Positions 1 to 11,917 are shown, counted from the first letter of the stretch. The stretch: DNA of 20,849 nucleotides from Octopus sinensis (GCF_006345805.1 NW_021823806.1:1-20849); one strand, 5' to 3'. The notes: generated by a model from the letters alone, not told the origin. Numbers and translations: made by a program.

Positions 1-351
1 TCTAGCAGCTCGAACGACCATGTAACAGCTCTCACTTCGACTGTTGGTTATTTTCTAGGAGTGAGAACATGCGAAGGACTCTGGTTGACAGGGAGTGTGA
101 GGAAGCCCATCGTGTATGTGTGTGTTCTCGTGGTTGCGTGAGTTCCAAACCACTTGATAACTAGTGTTTGTTTGTTTACGTCCCCGTCCGAAAAGATGTT
201 TCACTCACTTCTAAAGTCCAGGACATTGTCGTGTTAACTGATTTTTATTGGGGGGGAGGGTTCTTACAAAAGTACACTCTTTTATTGTTGATCTGAAATC
301 CAGTCATAGATATACCATCTAAGGAGCTCTAAAGTAGTTTTCTTCTCGGTC

Positions 352-435
352 ATATGCTTTCGGGTTCAATCCTACTGCGTGGCACTTTGGGTAAATTACT
401 TCTACTGTTGTCTCGGGCCAGCCAAAGCTGTGTGA
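352..435 (+). mobile_element. tRNA-derived SINE, 5' fragment (degenerate)
   Basis: GGGTTCAATCCTACTGCGTGGCACTTTGGG...CTCGGGCCAGCCAAAGC matches the heads of the copies at 6659 and 10196; B-box-like GGTTCAATCC. Confidence 0.8.
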
Positions 436-640
436 ATATTCGAGAATTTATTATTAATCACAATTGTTCCGACACATTTAGCATCGATCCCCCATGGGTA
501 GGACACTCAACAACTGGCTCAGGAGCATCCAGCGATGCGATGTATATCGTCGGGTGATAAATAAATACAACTCGTTAAGATAACAGATCTGCAATGTAAC
601 TTCTCGTTTTGTAGAAAGAAAAGGCGGAGGATTTTTTTCT

Positions 641-710
641 TCGACTAAAATCCTTTAAGGTGGTGCTCCAGCATGGCCGCAGTCAAATGACTGAAGCAAG
701 TAAAAGAAAA
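641..710 (+). mobile_element. SINE 3' end fragment
   Basis: TCGACTAAAA...GGTGCTCCAGCATGGCCGCAGTCAAATGACTGAAGCAAGTAAAAG matches the SINE 3' ends at 6050-6120 and 9781-9870. Confidence 0.85.
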
Positions 711-1144
711 AAAATATAGAATCGTATTAGTTAATGAACACAAACAAGAAGACAAAGTGGGGGTGCACAAGCTAGTGTTTTATCAGAGAAGAAAAAATAA
801 GGAAAAGAAGTGGTAGTAGGAGGAAAGTAAAAAAGAAAGGTAGAAAGAAAGATTTAGGAAAGAAGTGGGAATGCAAAATGAGATAGGAATGAGCTGGGGG
901 GAAAAAGGAAACACACGATGGGCTTTTCGTTTAGTCTGACACCTATTTTATCGATCTCTTCAACTATTATCGATCTCATAAACTTTGTTATGTTACATAA
1001 CGAAATAGGCAACAAGAGTTAGGCAGAGGTTATGAGGTCTAAGCAGTTGGAATGGAATAATTTCTTCTCCACTCCATAGCTCAATTTGTTTTTGTTTTGT
1101 TTTGTTGTTTTTTCTTGTCTGTTTTTTTTCTTGTTTTTTTGTTT

Positions 1145-1176
<32 letters not shown>

Positions 1177-1914
1177 AAAGAAAATTCAAGAGTTTAGATA
1201 TTTGCTACCAAATTTCTTGTGCAAAAATTTTGTAATTTTGAATGAAAATTTCAAGAACAGAGGTATTAGCTTCAAAATTTTCTTGTAGAAAAAAAAAAAA
1301 AAACCAATGATTGACTGCATATAAATCTTAAAAACCTTCGTTAGTTCAGCGAAAGCAAAAAAAAAAAAAAACAAAAAAAAACAAGAGCAAAGCAAAAAAG
1401 AATTAAAAAAACGACTTTAGATGAACGCTTTCATCCTATCATCATCCGTTTCTTCATCTTTCTTCGTGTTTCTCTCTAATATTAAATGAATACTTTTCTA
1501 ACTCTTTAATCATATTTTCTGTCTTTAACATCCTCGACACGCCCCCCCAAACATACATTAACTTTTTTTACAAAAAAAAAAACGAAAAAAAACACTAATT
1601 TTTTTTTTTCAAAAACCAAACAAAAAAATATTACCATCTTCGAAATTTTGCTTCTTCCTTTTTTTTACGTCTTTTTTTTTTCTCTATTTAGTTGGGGTTT
1701 TTTTTTTTTTCCTTAAATATTTTTTTAATTATAATTTTTCAAACGAAATGACGGATATATTTTCTCATAAATAATATTTTTGTTTCTTTTATTTCTTTCT
1801 TTTGATGTAAAATTAAAGGTTACAGACCAGTGGTCACGTGTTGTAGTTGAGAAATGAATGAATAATTACCTGGAGGTGAGGTTAGTTTAAATGTCAGAGA
1901 AGAGTTTTTGACCC

Positions 1915-1935
1915 TCCGCCGCCATCGCCACCACC

Positions 1936-1981
<46 letters not shown>

Positions 1982-2970
1982 TCGTCACTAGCAGCACAAA
2001 CACCAATACCAACATCACGGTTACCACTATCACCAACGCCACCACCACCACTACATACACCACTTTCGCCACCATCCCACCACCACCACCACGACCATCA
2101 CCATCACCACCACCATCACCACCACTACCACCACCATCACCTCCACCATCCCCACCACCATCACCACCACCACCACCACCACCATGACCATGACCATCAC
2201 CACCACCACCACCACCACGACCATCACCATCACCACCATCACCACCACCATCACCACCACCATCACCCACCACATCACACCACTACCACCCATCACCTCC
2301 CCATCCCCACCACCATCACAACCACACACCCACGACCATCACCATCACCACGACCATCACCACCACTACCACCACCATCACCTCCACCATCCCCACCACC
2401 ATCACCACCATCATCACCACGACCATCACCATCACCACCACCACCATCACCACCACCACCACCACCATCACCTCCACCATCCCCACCACCATCACCACCA
2501 TCATCACCACCACCACCACCATCATCAATAACAGCACAGACACTAATACCAACACCTTGGCTACCACCATCACCAACGCCAGCAACAACAGCACAACCAC
2601 CACCATCAACGTCATCCTCATCATCATCATCATCATCATCATTAATAATAACACCAACACCACCATCAACAACAACAACAACAGCACTACTACCAAGAGA
2701 AGTACCAACGACACCATCACGCAACCACCACCAATACCACCGCCGCCAACAACAACAACCGCAGCAACTACGACACCACCACCACCATCACCAATACCAG
2801 CAACAGCACCAACACTATCTTATACAATACACACACATACACCACCGCCACCAACACAACCGGCCCCATCTCTAACGCAACCACCATCACCACCTTACAC
2901 CACACACACACACACACACCAACAACAACACCAACAACACCGACACCACCATTAACACCAACAACAACAA
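1915..2970. repeat. Compound degenerate trinucleotide array (CAC/CAT/CAA)n
   Basis: Directly visible; source of the spurious His/Thr/Gly/Val-rich ORFs. Confidence 0.95.
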
Positions 2971-2979
2971 CAAAATGCC

Positions 2980-3428
2980 TCTTCTCTCTCTCTCCCTCTC
3001 TCTCTTGTCTCTACCTCTCTGCCTTCTCTCTCTCTCTCTCTTGTCTCTACCTCTCTGCCTCTTCTGGTCTCTCTTCTCTCTCTCTTGTCTCTCTCTTATC
3101 TCTCTCTTTCTCTCTCTCTGTCTCTCCCACTTCCTCTCTTCTCTCTTCGCTCTTCTTTCTCTCTCTTTCTCACTCTGTCTCTCTGTCTCTCTCTCTCTCT
3201 CTCTTGTCTTTCTCTCTTCTCTCTCTCTTTGTCTCTCTCGCTCTATCTCTCTGCCTCTTCTTATCTCTTTTCTATCCCTCTTCTCTCTCCTCTCTCTCTC
3301 TCTCGCTCTATCTCCCTGCCCCTTCCACTCTCTCTTCTCACGTCGCTCCTTCTCTCTCTCCCTCTCTGTCTCACCCTCTCTTTCTCTCTCTTTCTGTCTC
3401 TTTCTCACCCCCCTCTCTCTCTCTCTCA
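2980..3428. repeat. Degenerate (CT)n polypyrimidine tract
   Basis: Directly visible. Confidence 0.95.
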
Positions 3429-3796
3429 CTAATTTGATAATTCTTTTCAAAGAATTACAAAAGCGGATAAACGATAATCTATTTTTTGTCTTGTTTATTC
3501 CTTTTTGTTAATATTGTGTTTTCTTTTTTACAAATAGGCTTCATTCAAATTTTTTTAAATATTTCTATATTAAAAATGCAAAATAAAAGACAAAATCTAA
3601 AAATACAAGAAAATAACAAAATATTTATCAAGTAAAAGACAAAAAAATAAAGAGCTCAGTAAAAAGTGAGATGTTTGAGATAAAACCACCATTTGCATGC
3701 GGAGTTTGCATAAAAGTCGCTGCTTCAATGAAGCTCTAGTTATTTCCTGAAATTGTTGTGGTTGTTGTTGTTGTTTCTCTTCTTCCACTTCCTCCT

Positions 3797-3851
3797 CTTC
3801 TTCTTCTTCTTCTTCTTCTTCTTCTTCTTCTTCTTCTTCTTCTTCTTCTTC
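3797..3851. repeat. (TTC)n microsatellite
   Basis: Directly visible. Confidence 0.95.
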
Positions 3852-3926
3852 TATTTTCAAATTGCAATAGAATATTAAGTACGCAATATGTAAGACATAG
3901 ATAGATGGAATAAATGAAAGAAGCGG

Positions 3927-3975
<49 letters not shown>
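3927..3975. repeat. (AGAT)n microsatellite
   Basis: Directly visible. Confidence 0.95.
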
Positions 3976-4450
3976 GGGCACAAACGGGCCTTTTTTTAGA
4001 TCATTAGCGACATCAGTTAAATTGACACAGCCTCAAATTTGATTCAAAATTGTGTCGCAATGTGTCACAGTGTGTCGCAATGTGTAGCAATTTGTTGCAA
4101 TATCTAGAGGGCTTCTGTTACCGAGTTTTAAACCATGACATCGAGGCTAGGGCAGAAAAATCTGCTCAACACATGGGAGTTCGTCGCAAAACTTATGTTA
4201 GTCTCCATTTTTAAGCGAGCGCCAATGACATTAAAAGCGCAATTATATCTTTTATCTTCAAAGTATCTTCCGCTCATTAATTTTGAAGTAATGAAGAACC
4301 CAAGAAGCGTATATATGGCAGCTAGAACCTCTCTAATAATTGGAAGGCGAAAGAAATGTTTCCATTTCCTCAAGAATGGTGTCACTTTTCTTGAAATTAA
4401 AATAAGTGAACAATTGATGTGTTTGAGCAAGCAACCTCAAGCAATTGGAA

Positions 4451-4762
4451 TTCAAAGAATGGGTTGTACTATGGCATGCGGGACCTCCTTTCAGCTGATT
4501 TTCTTGAGTTATCATATCACTCTTGTATTCCGAATCGTCGCAAAATTACCAATTCTGAACCTTCGAAACTGTTGGGCAACTAACACCCGGCAGTTGTGAT
4601 TCACAGAATGGGTTGTATTACTCATCCTTTCGATCGCTGAATACAAAACAAAGTTCGTGATATCTCCGTTCGGCTGATTTTCCTGAGTCACCGTCTCACC
4701 CTTGTACACCGATTCGTCATAAAATTACCAATTTTGAACCTTTGAAGCAGTTGGGCAACTAA
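4451..4762. repeat. Diverged tandem duplication (two ~135-165 bp copies)
   Basis: TTCA(A/C)AGAATGGGTTGTA at 4451 and 4600; AAAATTACCAATT(C/T)TGAACC...GTTGGGCAACTAA ending at 4583 and 4762. Confidence 0.85.
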
Positions 4763-4815
4763 TCGACTGGCCCTCTCCCCAAAAATTACGGGCCTTGTGC
4801 CTAGAGAGAAGTAAT
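4760..4815 (+). mobile_element. Probable 3' tail of a second SINE family
   Basis: TAATCGACTGGCCCTCTCCCCAAAAATTACGGGCCTTGTGCCTAGAG resembles an Octopus SINE tail recalled from memory; no second copy in the window to confirm. Confidence 0.5.
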
Positions 4816-5341
4816 ATAATTATAAATATATATATATATATATATAGATATATATATATAGATATATATATATATAGATATAATAATATAAATGTGTGTG
4901 TGTGTGTATGTATATATATCCTACGTGGATATCGCCCTCTATTGATTTTTTTCTCCTGTAATTCTATCCATATATCTCCATTTCGGGTCTGTAAAGCGTC
5001 CATGGAAAAATTTTGGTGTCATATTTGCTTCTGATATCTAATCACCTGAGGTTTCTCTGATTTTTTTTTTAAATAAAAATTCCCTGCTTAAAAATTATCT
5101 AAATTGAAAGCTTTCATCAAGTTTCTTGTTAATTCATTTTCTTAACACTACGTTAATAATTTCAAAGTTAGTAATCTTACGAAGTTCGTTATCACTTTCA
5201 AAATTAATTGAAACTAAAGCGGTGCATTTCATCAGAACTCTGATATAAAAAAAAACGCGTTAAACATCTGGCTCAGACATATTGGAATCTATATTTTCTT
5301 GTTTCAAATAATCGCTTAATTACGCCATCGAGGTTACTTAC

Positions 5342-5507
5342 CTCAGTTTCTTCTTCGACAAATTCATTATCGTAATCCATATCTTGAAGTAGATGCAAGA
5401 CTTAACGCAGGAATTGAATTAAATTCATTTTTGAAGCAGCCGTAGTAGAGCTTAAACAACCGTTTTTGTGCTCTTGCTGTACTCTATTTTTTCTCCTGGG
5501 AGTACAG
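5342..5507 (-). other. Candidate exon of a minus-strand gene containing a possible start codon (ATG 5380; MDYDNEFVEEETE, phase-0 donor)
   Basis: Consensus donor GAG|GTAAGT at 5342/5341; T-rich tract (minus 5560-5521) then first AG at 5509-5508 (alternative CAG at 5496); non-repetitive sequence. Confidence 0.5.
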
Positions 5508-5894
5508 CTACACATTGAATGATATAAATAAATAGAGTCAAAATGAAAAAGAAAATTCCAACGCAACAAAGCAAGTTGTTAACAATTAATATAGTGAAAA
5601 AGCTCAAAATACATTCAAGATTATCAATCAATCAATCAACCATGTCGTCTTTCCCGATGCCGGAAGCGAAAGTTGACAACTACGAGTCTCCATCATTCAA
5701 TGTTGCAGGCCGCCTCGATTAATGTTCCATTTCATGCGCTTTTATCTTCCACTACGCATCTAATTACATTTACATACAAAGTAAAAAGGAAATGGATCTT
5801 TACATTTTTTGACCGACAGATTTAAAAAATAATTCTTTGTAACTAAACACTTTCAAAGTTCGGACTCGTATATATGTATATATATATATATATA

Positions 5895-6120
5895 TATGCG
5901 TGTGTGTTTGTGTGTCTGTGTTTGTCCCCCTGGCATGGCTTGACAACCGATGCTGGTGTGTTTATGTCCCCGTTACTCAGCGGTTCGGCAAAAGAGACCG
6001 ATGGAATGAGTACTGGGCTTACAAAAGAATAAGTCCCGGGGTCGAGTTGCTCGATTAAAGGCGGTGCTCCAGCATGGCCCCAGTCAAATGACTGAAACAA
6101 GTAAAAGAGTAAAAGAGTAA
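5895..6120 (+). mobile_element. SINE 3' half with (GTAAAAGA)n tail
   Basis: About 95% identical by eye to the reverse complement of 9781-10020. Confidence 0.9.
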
Positions 6121-6282
6121 AAAAGAGAGTAGTGACTTTTTAATTATATTACTGAAGCTTATTTTTACGAAGTTATTTCACGTTGAAGTTGTCGTATTTC
6201 GGTAATATCAACCAATCAATGACGTGTATTCAGCTGAATGAATTACAAAACTTAAGGATCGGTCTCAGTCTGAACGACACTC

Positions 6283-6361
6283 CCAACACCCGGTCTGGGA
6301 ATCGAAGCCCGATCCTACGACCGCAAGTCCCCTGCCCTAACCACTGGGCCATTGCACCTCC
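6283..6361 (-). mobile_element. tRNA-related SINE head (different family)
   Basis: Minus strand GGAGGTGCAATGGCCCAGTGGTTAGGGCAG...TTCGATTCCCAGACCGG: A-box and B-box-like elements, imperfect cloverleaf. Confidence 0.75.
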
Positions 6362-6555
6362 ACAAGAGTATAAATAATTATTATTATTAAGAAGTGAAAT
6401 AGCAATGAAGATACGGCAATATAGAAATAACCATATACATATATATATATATACATACATACACATACATATACATATATACGCATACACAGTAACACAT
6501 ACATATATACACACGCACCACATACACATACGTATACATACATAGCGTTAAATAG

Positions 6556-6610
<55 letters not shown>

Positions 6611-6658
6611 CAAAGGAGATATATATCTTTTCTTTTATTGTATTAATAATTATCTACT

Positions 6659-6788
6659 AGGCGCAGGAGTGGTTGTGTGGTAAGTAGCTTGCTTACCAAC
6701 CACATGGTTCCGGGTTCAGTCCCACTGCGTGGAACCTTGGGCAAGTGTCTTCTACTATAGCCTCGGGCCGACCAAAGCCTTGTGAGTG
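6659..6788 (+). mobile_element. SINE 5' half
   Basis: AGGCGCAGGAGTGGTTGTGTGGTAAG...GGTTCAGTCCC...CCAAAGCCTTGTGAGTG matches the head of the full-length copy at 10196. Confidence 0.9.
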
Positions 6789-6867
6789 CAACTAATTTAT
6801 TTGATATTAAATATAATAATATAAACTATTTACGTTTTTCAGTTACGAAACAATTGGTCGTGACTTA

Positions 6868-7461
6868 TATACATACATGCATGCATGCATGCATACATAC
6901 ATACATACATACATACATACATACATACATACATACATGCATGCATGCATACATACATACATAAATACATACATACATACATACATACATACATGCATGC
7001 ATGCATGCATGCATACATACATACATACATAAATACATACATACATACATACATACATACAATCATACATACATACATACAATCATACATACATACATGC
7101 ATGCATGCATGCGTGCATGCATGCATGCATGCTTGCATGCATACATACATACATACATACATACATAAATACATAAATACATGCATACATACATACATGC
7201 ATACATACATACATACATACATACATACATACATACATACATACATACGTACATACATACATGCATGCATACATACATATATACATACATACATACATAC
7301 ATACATACATGCATACATGCATGCATACATACATACAATCATACATACATACATACATACAATCATACATACATACATACATGCATGCATACATACATAC
7401 ATACATACATGCATACATACATACATACATACATACATACATACATACATACATACATACA

Positions 7462-7495
<34 letters not shown>

Positions 7496-7520
7496 CATAC
7501 ATACATACGTACGTACGTAC
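6868..7520. repeat. (ACAT)n/(GCAT)n tetranucleotide array
   Basis: Directly visible; produces MYVC/HTYI pseudo-ORFs. Confidence 0.95.
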
Positions 7521-8095
7521 AATGAGCATGTTTAGATATGCAAGTGTATGCATGAGAAGGCATACATAAAACATAAGATACAAATCTGTACGGATACATA
7601 AAACTTTCCAGAAGTTTATCATTTAAATATATTTGAGCATGTCTAGAATTTGCATACAAATTACATGGTCTTAAACTAATTTTGCCGGTAAATTTGAAAC
7701 GTTTATGTTAATTTAGCATTAGAATTCTTCAAGTTGTATAAAAATAGTTATTGTCTGCATCATTCGAAAGAGAAATAAATTCTGCATGAGGTGTAAAAAG
7801 ATAAAAATAATTTGTATGGTGTTAGTAACAAAATATTTTGTTAGAAATAGAACTTTTATCATCGGTCTTAAATTTATTTTCGCCCGTGTATGTAACTATA
7901 TGCATGAGAATACATACATAAAACATACAAATCTGCACATACATACATACGTACATATATACATACATACATACATACAAACAAACAAACAAAAATACTT
8001 TGTTGTTGGTGTTCCAATGAAGGAACCTTGGATCTAGGTTAGAAACCGATTCTTTCTCTATTGGCATGAAATCTTGAAACAAACTGAATAAGGTC

Positions 8096-8186
8096 ATACA
8101 TACATACACACACATATATACATACATACATGCATACATACATACATACATTCATTCATACATACATACATACATACATACATACA

Positions 8187-8218
<32 letters not shown>

Positions 8219-9077
8219 CACATACATACATACATACATACATACAAACATACATACATACATACATACATACATACATACATACATACATACATTCATA
8301 CATACATACGTACATACATACATACATACATACATACATACATACATACATTCATACATACATACATGCATACATACATACATACATACATACATACATA
8401 CATGCATGCATACATACATACATACATACATACATACATACATACATACATACATTCATACATACATACATACATACATACATTCATACATACATACATA
8501 CATGCATTCATACATACATACATACATACATACATACATGCATACATACATACATACATACATACTTACGTACATACATACATACATACATACATACATA
8601 CATACTTACGTACATACATACATACATACATACATACATACATACATACATACATGCATACATACATACATACACATACATACATACACACATACATACA
8701 TACATACATACATACATACACACACATACATACATAAATACATACATACATACATACATACATGCATGCATACATACATACAAACATATATACATACACA
8801 CATACATACATACACACATTCATACATACATACATACATACATTCATGCACACATACATACATACACACATACATACATTCATTCATACATACATTCATA
8901 CATGCATACATACATACATGCATGCATGCATGCATACATACGTGCATACATACATACATACATACATACATACATACATACATAATACATACATAATACA
9001 TACATACATACATACATACATACATACATACATAATACATACATACATACATACATAATACATACATAATACATACA

Positions 9078-9109
<32 letters not shown>

Positions 9110-9128
9110 CATATATGCATGCATACAT
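8096..9128. repeat. (ACAT)n tetranucleotide array, ~1 kb
   Basis: Directly visible. Confidence 0.95.
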
Positions 9129-9780
9129 ACGTTGGATGGAGAGATGTATCGATAAGATACATAAGAAAATATGACCTATTTTCCTTCTTTTATTTTCCTT
9201 CTTTTATATTTCTTTTTCTTTTTTTTTGTTATTTCTTTCCATTCCAAAATATTACAATATAACCGTAAAATCGAGTTCCGGAAATATACAGCAGAAAAGA
9301 AAGAAAAAAAATGGCCTTCCAGTTGCTTTATTTCTACGTTTAATTGACTGCCAAGATACATTACTGCACTTTTAACAAAGATGAATAGTGATTCTAAATA
9401 GACTTGAAATCAAAGGGAATCTTCGTGATTTCTTCACGAAATAAAATTCCTATTTCCTGACAGATCTATGATCTAAGACTGCGCTTCTTTTTCGTCACGA
9501 AGAACATTGATCCTACCAAGCCAACCGACTTCGTTCGCCATTGCTTCGTTGCCCGATAAGCTTAAACTTGATGGACTGCATGGCTGCTTGTCTGACGGAC
9601 TGAAACTGCGAAACGCGTCAGAAATGTGTTTCACCTGAAGGTTTCAGAACAGCAACAACAACAACAACAACAGCAAGAACAAGATACGAACAGCAACAAC
9701 AATAACAATAAGAGGCGACCAAAGATTTCTCAATTTGAATGAATTATTTTCGTTTGTCGAAGAAGATTTTGTCAGTACAT

Positions 9781-10196
9781 TACTCTTTTACTCTTTTACT
9801 CTTTTACTTGTTTCAGACATTTGACTGCGGCCATGCTGGAGCACCGCCTTTAATCGAGCAACTCGACCCCGGGACTTATTCTTTTGTAAGCCCAGTACTT
9901 ATTCTATCGGTCTCGTTTTGCCGAACCGCTAAGTAACGGGTACATAAACACAACAGCATCGGTTGTCAAGCAATGCTAGGGGGACAAACACAGACACACA
10001 AACACACACACGCATATATATATACATATATACGACGGGCTTCTTTCAGTTTCCGTCTACCAAATCCACTCACAAGGCTTTGGTCGGCCCGAGGCTATAG
10101 TAGAAGACACTTGCCCAAGGTGCCACGCAGTAGGACTGAACCCGGAACCATGTGGCTGGTAGACAAGCTACTTACCACACAGCCACTCCTGCGCCT
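9781..10196 (-). mobile_element. Full-length tRNA-derived SINE (~415 bp; Octopus OK/OR-type by recall)
   Basis: Head AGGCGCAGGAGTGGCTGTGTGGTAAG (A-box), GGTTCAGTCC (B-box), internal (TA)(TG) tract, (GTAAAAGA)n tail. Confidence 0.92.
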
Positions 10197-10424
10197 ATAA
10201 ATACCTTTTTTTAAAATATCTGAACCCAGTTGTAAAATACAAAGAACAGAAAGAAGTAGAAGGTTTCAGAAATAGGAGAAGAGGAAGCATTGAAGAGGAA
10301 GGACTGAAGAAGAAAAAGAAGGTGAAGGAGAATCGAAGAAGAATTTGTATCAATTCGTTAAATAATTGTCAGAAAAACGCTTTCTCTTTTATTGTTCCAT
10401 TCTTCAATTCTTCTTATAATTATT

Positions 10425-10569
10425 AGTACTTATTCTATCGGTCTCTTTTGCTGAACCGATAAATTACAGGGACGTAAACACACCAGCATCGGTTGTCAAG
10501 CGAATTTGGGGGAGGGGCAATTACAGACACACAAACACACACACACACACACATACACACACACACACG

Positions 10570-10610
<41 letters not shown>

Positions 10611-10658
10611 TTATATATATATATAATATATATATATATATATTATATATATAATATA

Positions 10659-10729
<71 letters not shown>

Positions 10730-10899
10730 CATATATATAGGACAGGCTTCTTTCAGTTTCCGTTTAACAAATCCACTCACAAGTCTTTGGTCGGCCCGAG
10801 ACTATAGCAGAAAACACTTGCCCAAGATGCCACACAGTGGGACTGAACCCGGAACCATGTGGCTGGTAAGCAAGCTACTTACCACACAGCCACTCCTAC
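10425..10899 (-). mobile_element. SINE, 3'-truncated, with expanded internal (TA)n/(TG)n
   Basis: Collinear with the copy at 9781-10196 on both sides of the 10520-10738 dinucleotide tract. Confidence 0.88.
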
Positions 10900-11917
10900 C
10901 CCTTTCTCTCTCTCTTTCTCTCTCAAATCACTCACAAAAACAGCTCAGTATCATGACGGACACATTTTTCTTTTGACCGAACCCTAGTTACAAACCGAAA
11001 GTAATCTATTTTGTAGGAACGAGACCAATTTATTTCCAAGAATCTTCAGGATTTGCGGAGATGACGGCAAGTAAACAAATTTCGAAGACATACAACGTTG
11101 ACCTTTCGACAATTTTCTAAGTGACGAAAAAAGCGAAAATCTTGACAGCCCATACATAAAATCTTTGAAATGGCGTTTCGCTCTTTTCAATACCTTTTTG
11201 TACATTAATATAAACAACGGCCGTATAACAACTTGATCGATTTTATTGATTTTTAGTGCAAGAGGTTAACAATGTTATCGAGTTCAGATGAGATTAATTT
11301 CTGGGAAAGAGTTGATTGACATCTCTCACACTCAATCTCTTCCTTATACGCAGACAGATGAAAAAAAAATCACTATATTTCAGCATCTCTGTTCTGGCGG
11401 CTCTTCAGTAAACGATTAGATGAGGAAGAGAGAGAGGGAGTGACTGAGAGAGAGAGAGGAGGTGACTGAGAGTGAGAGGGAGAGAAAGAGAGAGCCTTTT
11501 ATTGATTATTCGAATTCATAGAAACTGCAGACCCATCTCTCGTTAATAACATATTCTTTAAAAAAAATGAAGGGAAGACGACATTGAATAATAAAGTCGT
11601 TGGTACATTATTTCTGGAGGGAAAAATTACAAGGTGGACGCAGATGGAACTTCTTTGATAAGAAAGTCTATTCCAAGAATAATTCTTATTATAAAGAACT
11701 TTCATGGATTTGAACAGCAATAACAACACGAACAAAACTGGGAACAGTTTTTACATGTGTCGGCCACACATATACGGATAAAAAAAATAAAACTTTGGTT
11801 ATCTTTGCACTGAAGAAGGACTTTATCCGAAACGTTGAATACTTCTCTAAACCTTGCGCCAGTCTGCCGAGCAGTAAACAAGCAAGGAACAACAATACGG
11901 CAGTCATTATCTTTTCT

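Noticed and set aside
1400-1540. Minus-strand protein-like snippets (MLKTENMIKELEK..., RNTKKDEETDDDRMKAFI*)
   Set aside because: All three frames look similarly plausible because the strand is purine-rich; no adequate splice acceptor.
1864-1885. Minus-strand CTAAC...CAG|GTAATT splice-like signal
   Set aside because: Ambiguous between donor and acceptor, with no credible reading frame on either side.
1887-3511. His-, Gly-, Val-, Leu/Ser- and Arg/Glu-rich ORFs
   Set aside because: Translations of (CAC/CAT)n and (CT)n tracts, open in several frames on both strands.
3597-3983. Poly-Glu ORF as exon following MDYDNEFVEEETE
   Set aside because: It is a (TTC)n microsatellite; the available acceptor lacks a pyrimidine tract and would read poly-Lys from the phase-0 donor.
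4128-4599. 154-aa plus and 100-aa minus ORFs
   Set aside because: No recognisable motifs; they overlap on opposite strands and run into a non-coding-like duplication.
5642-5722. ACCATG-started 26-codon plus-strand ORF (MSSFPMPEAK...)
   Set aside because: Too short, with no in-frame donor or homology; compatible with chance.
6283-6361. tRNA gene
   Set aside because: Cloverleaf is imperfect; better explained as a tRNA-derived SINE head.
6782-9162. MYVC/HTYI-repeat ORFs
   Set aside because: Translations of (ACAT)n arrays.
9470-9634. Minus open frame VKHISDAFRSF... after CAG|GTG
   Set aside because: No homology recognised, weak donor, and it overlaps a probable repeat-derived hammerhead remnant.
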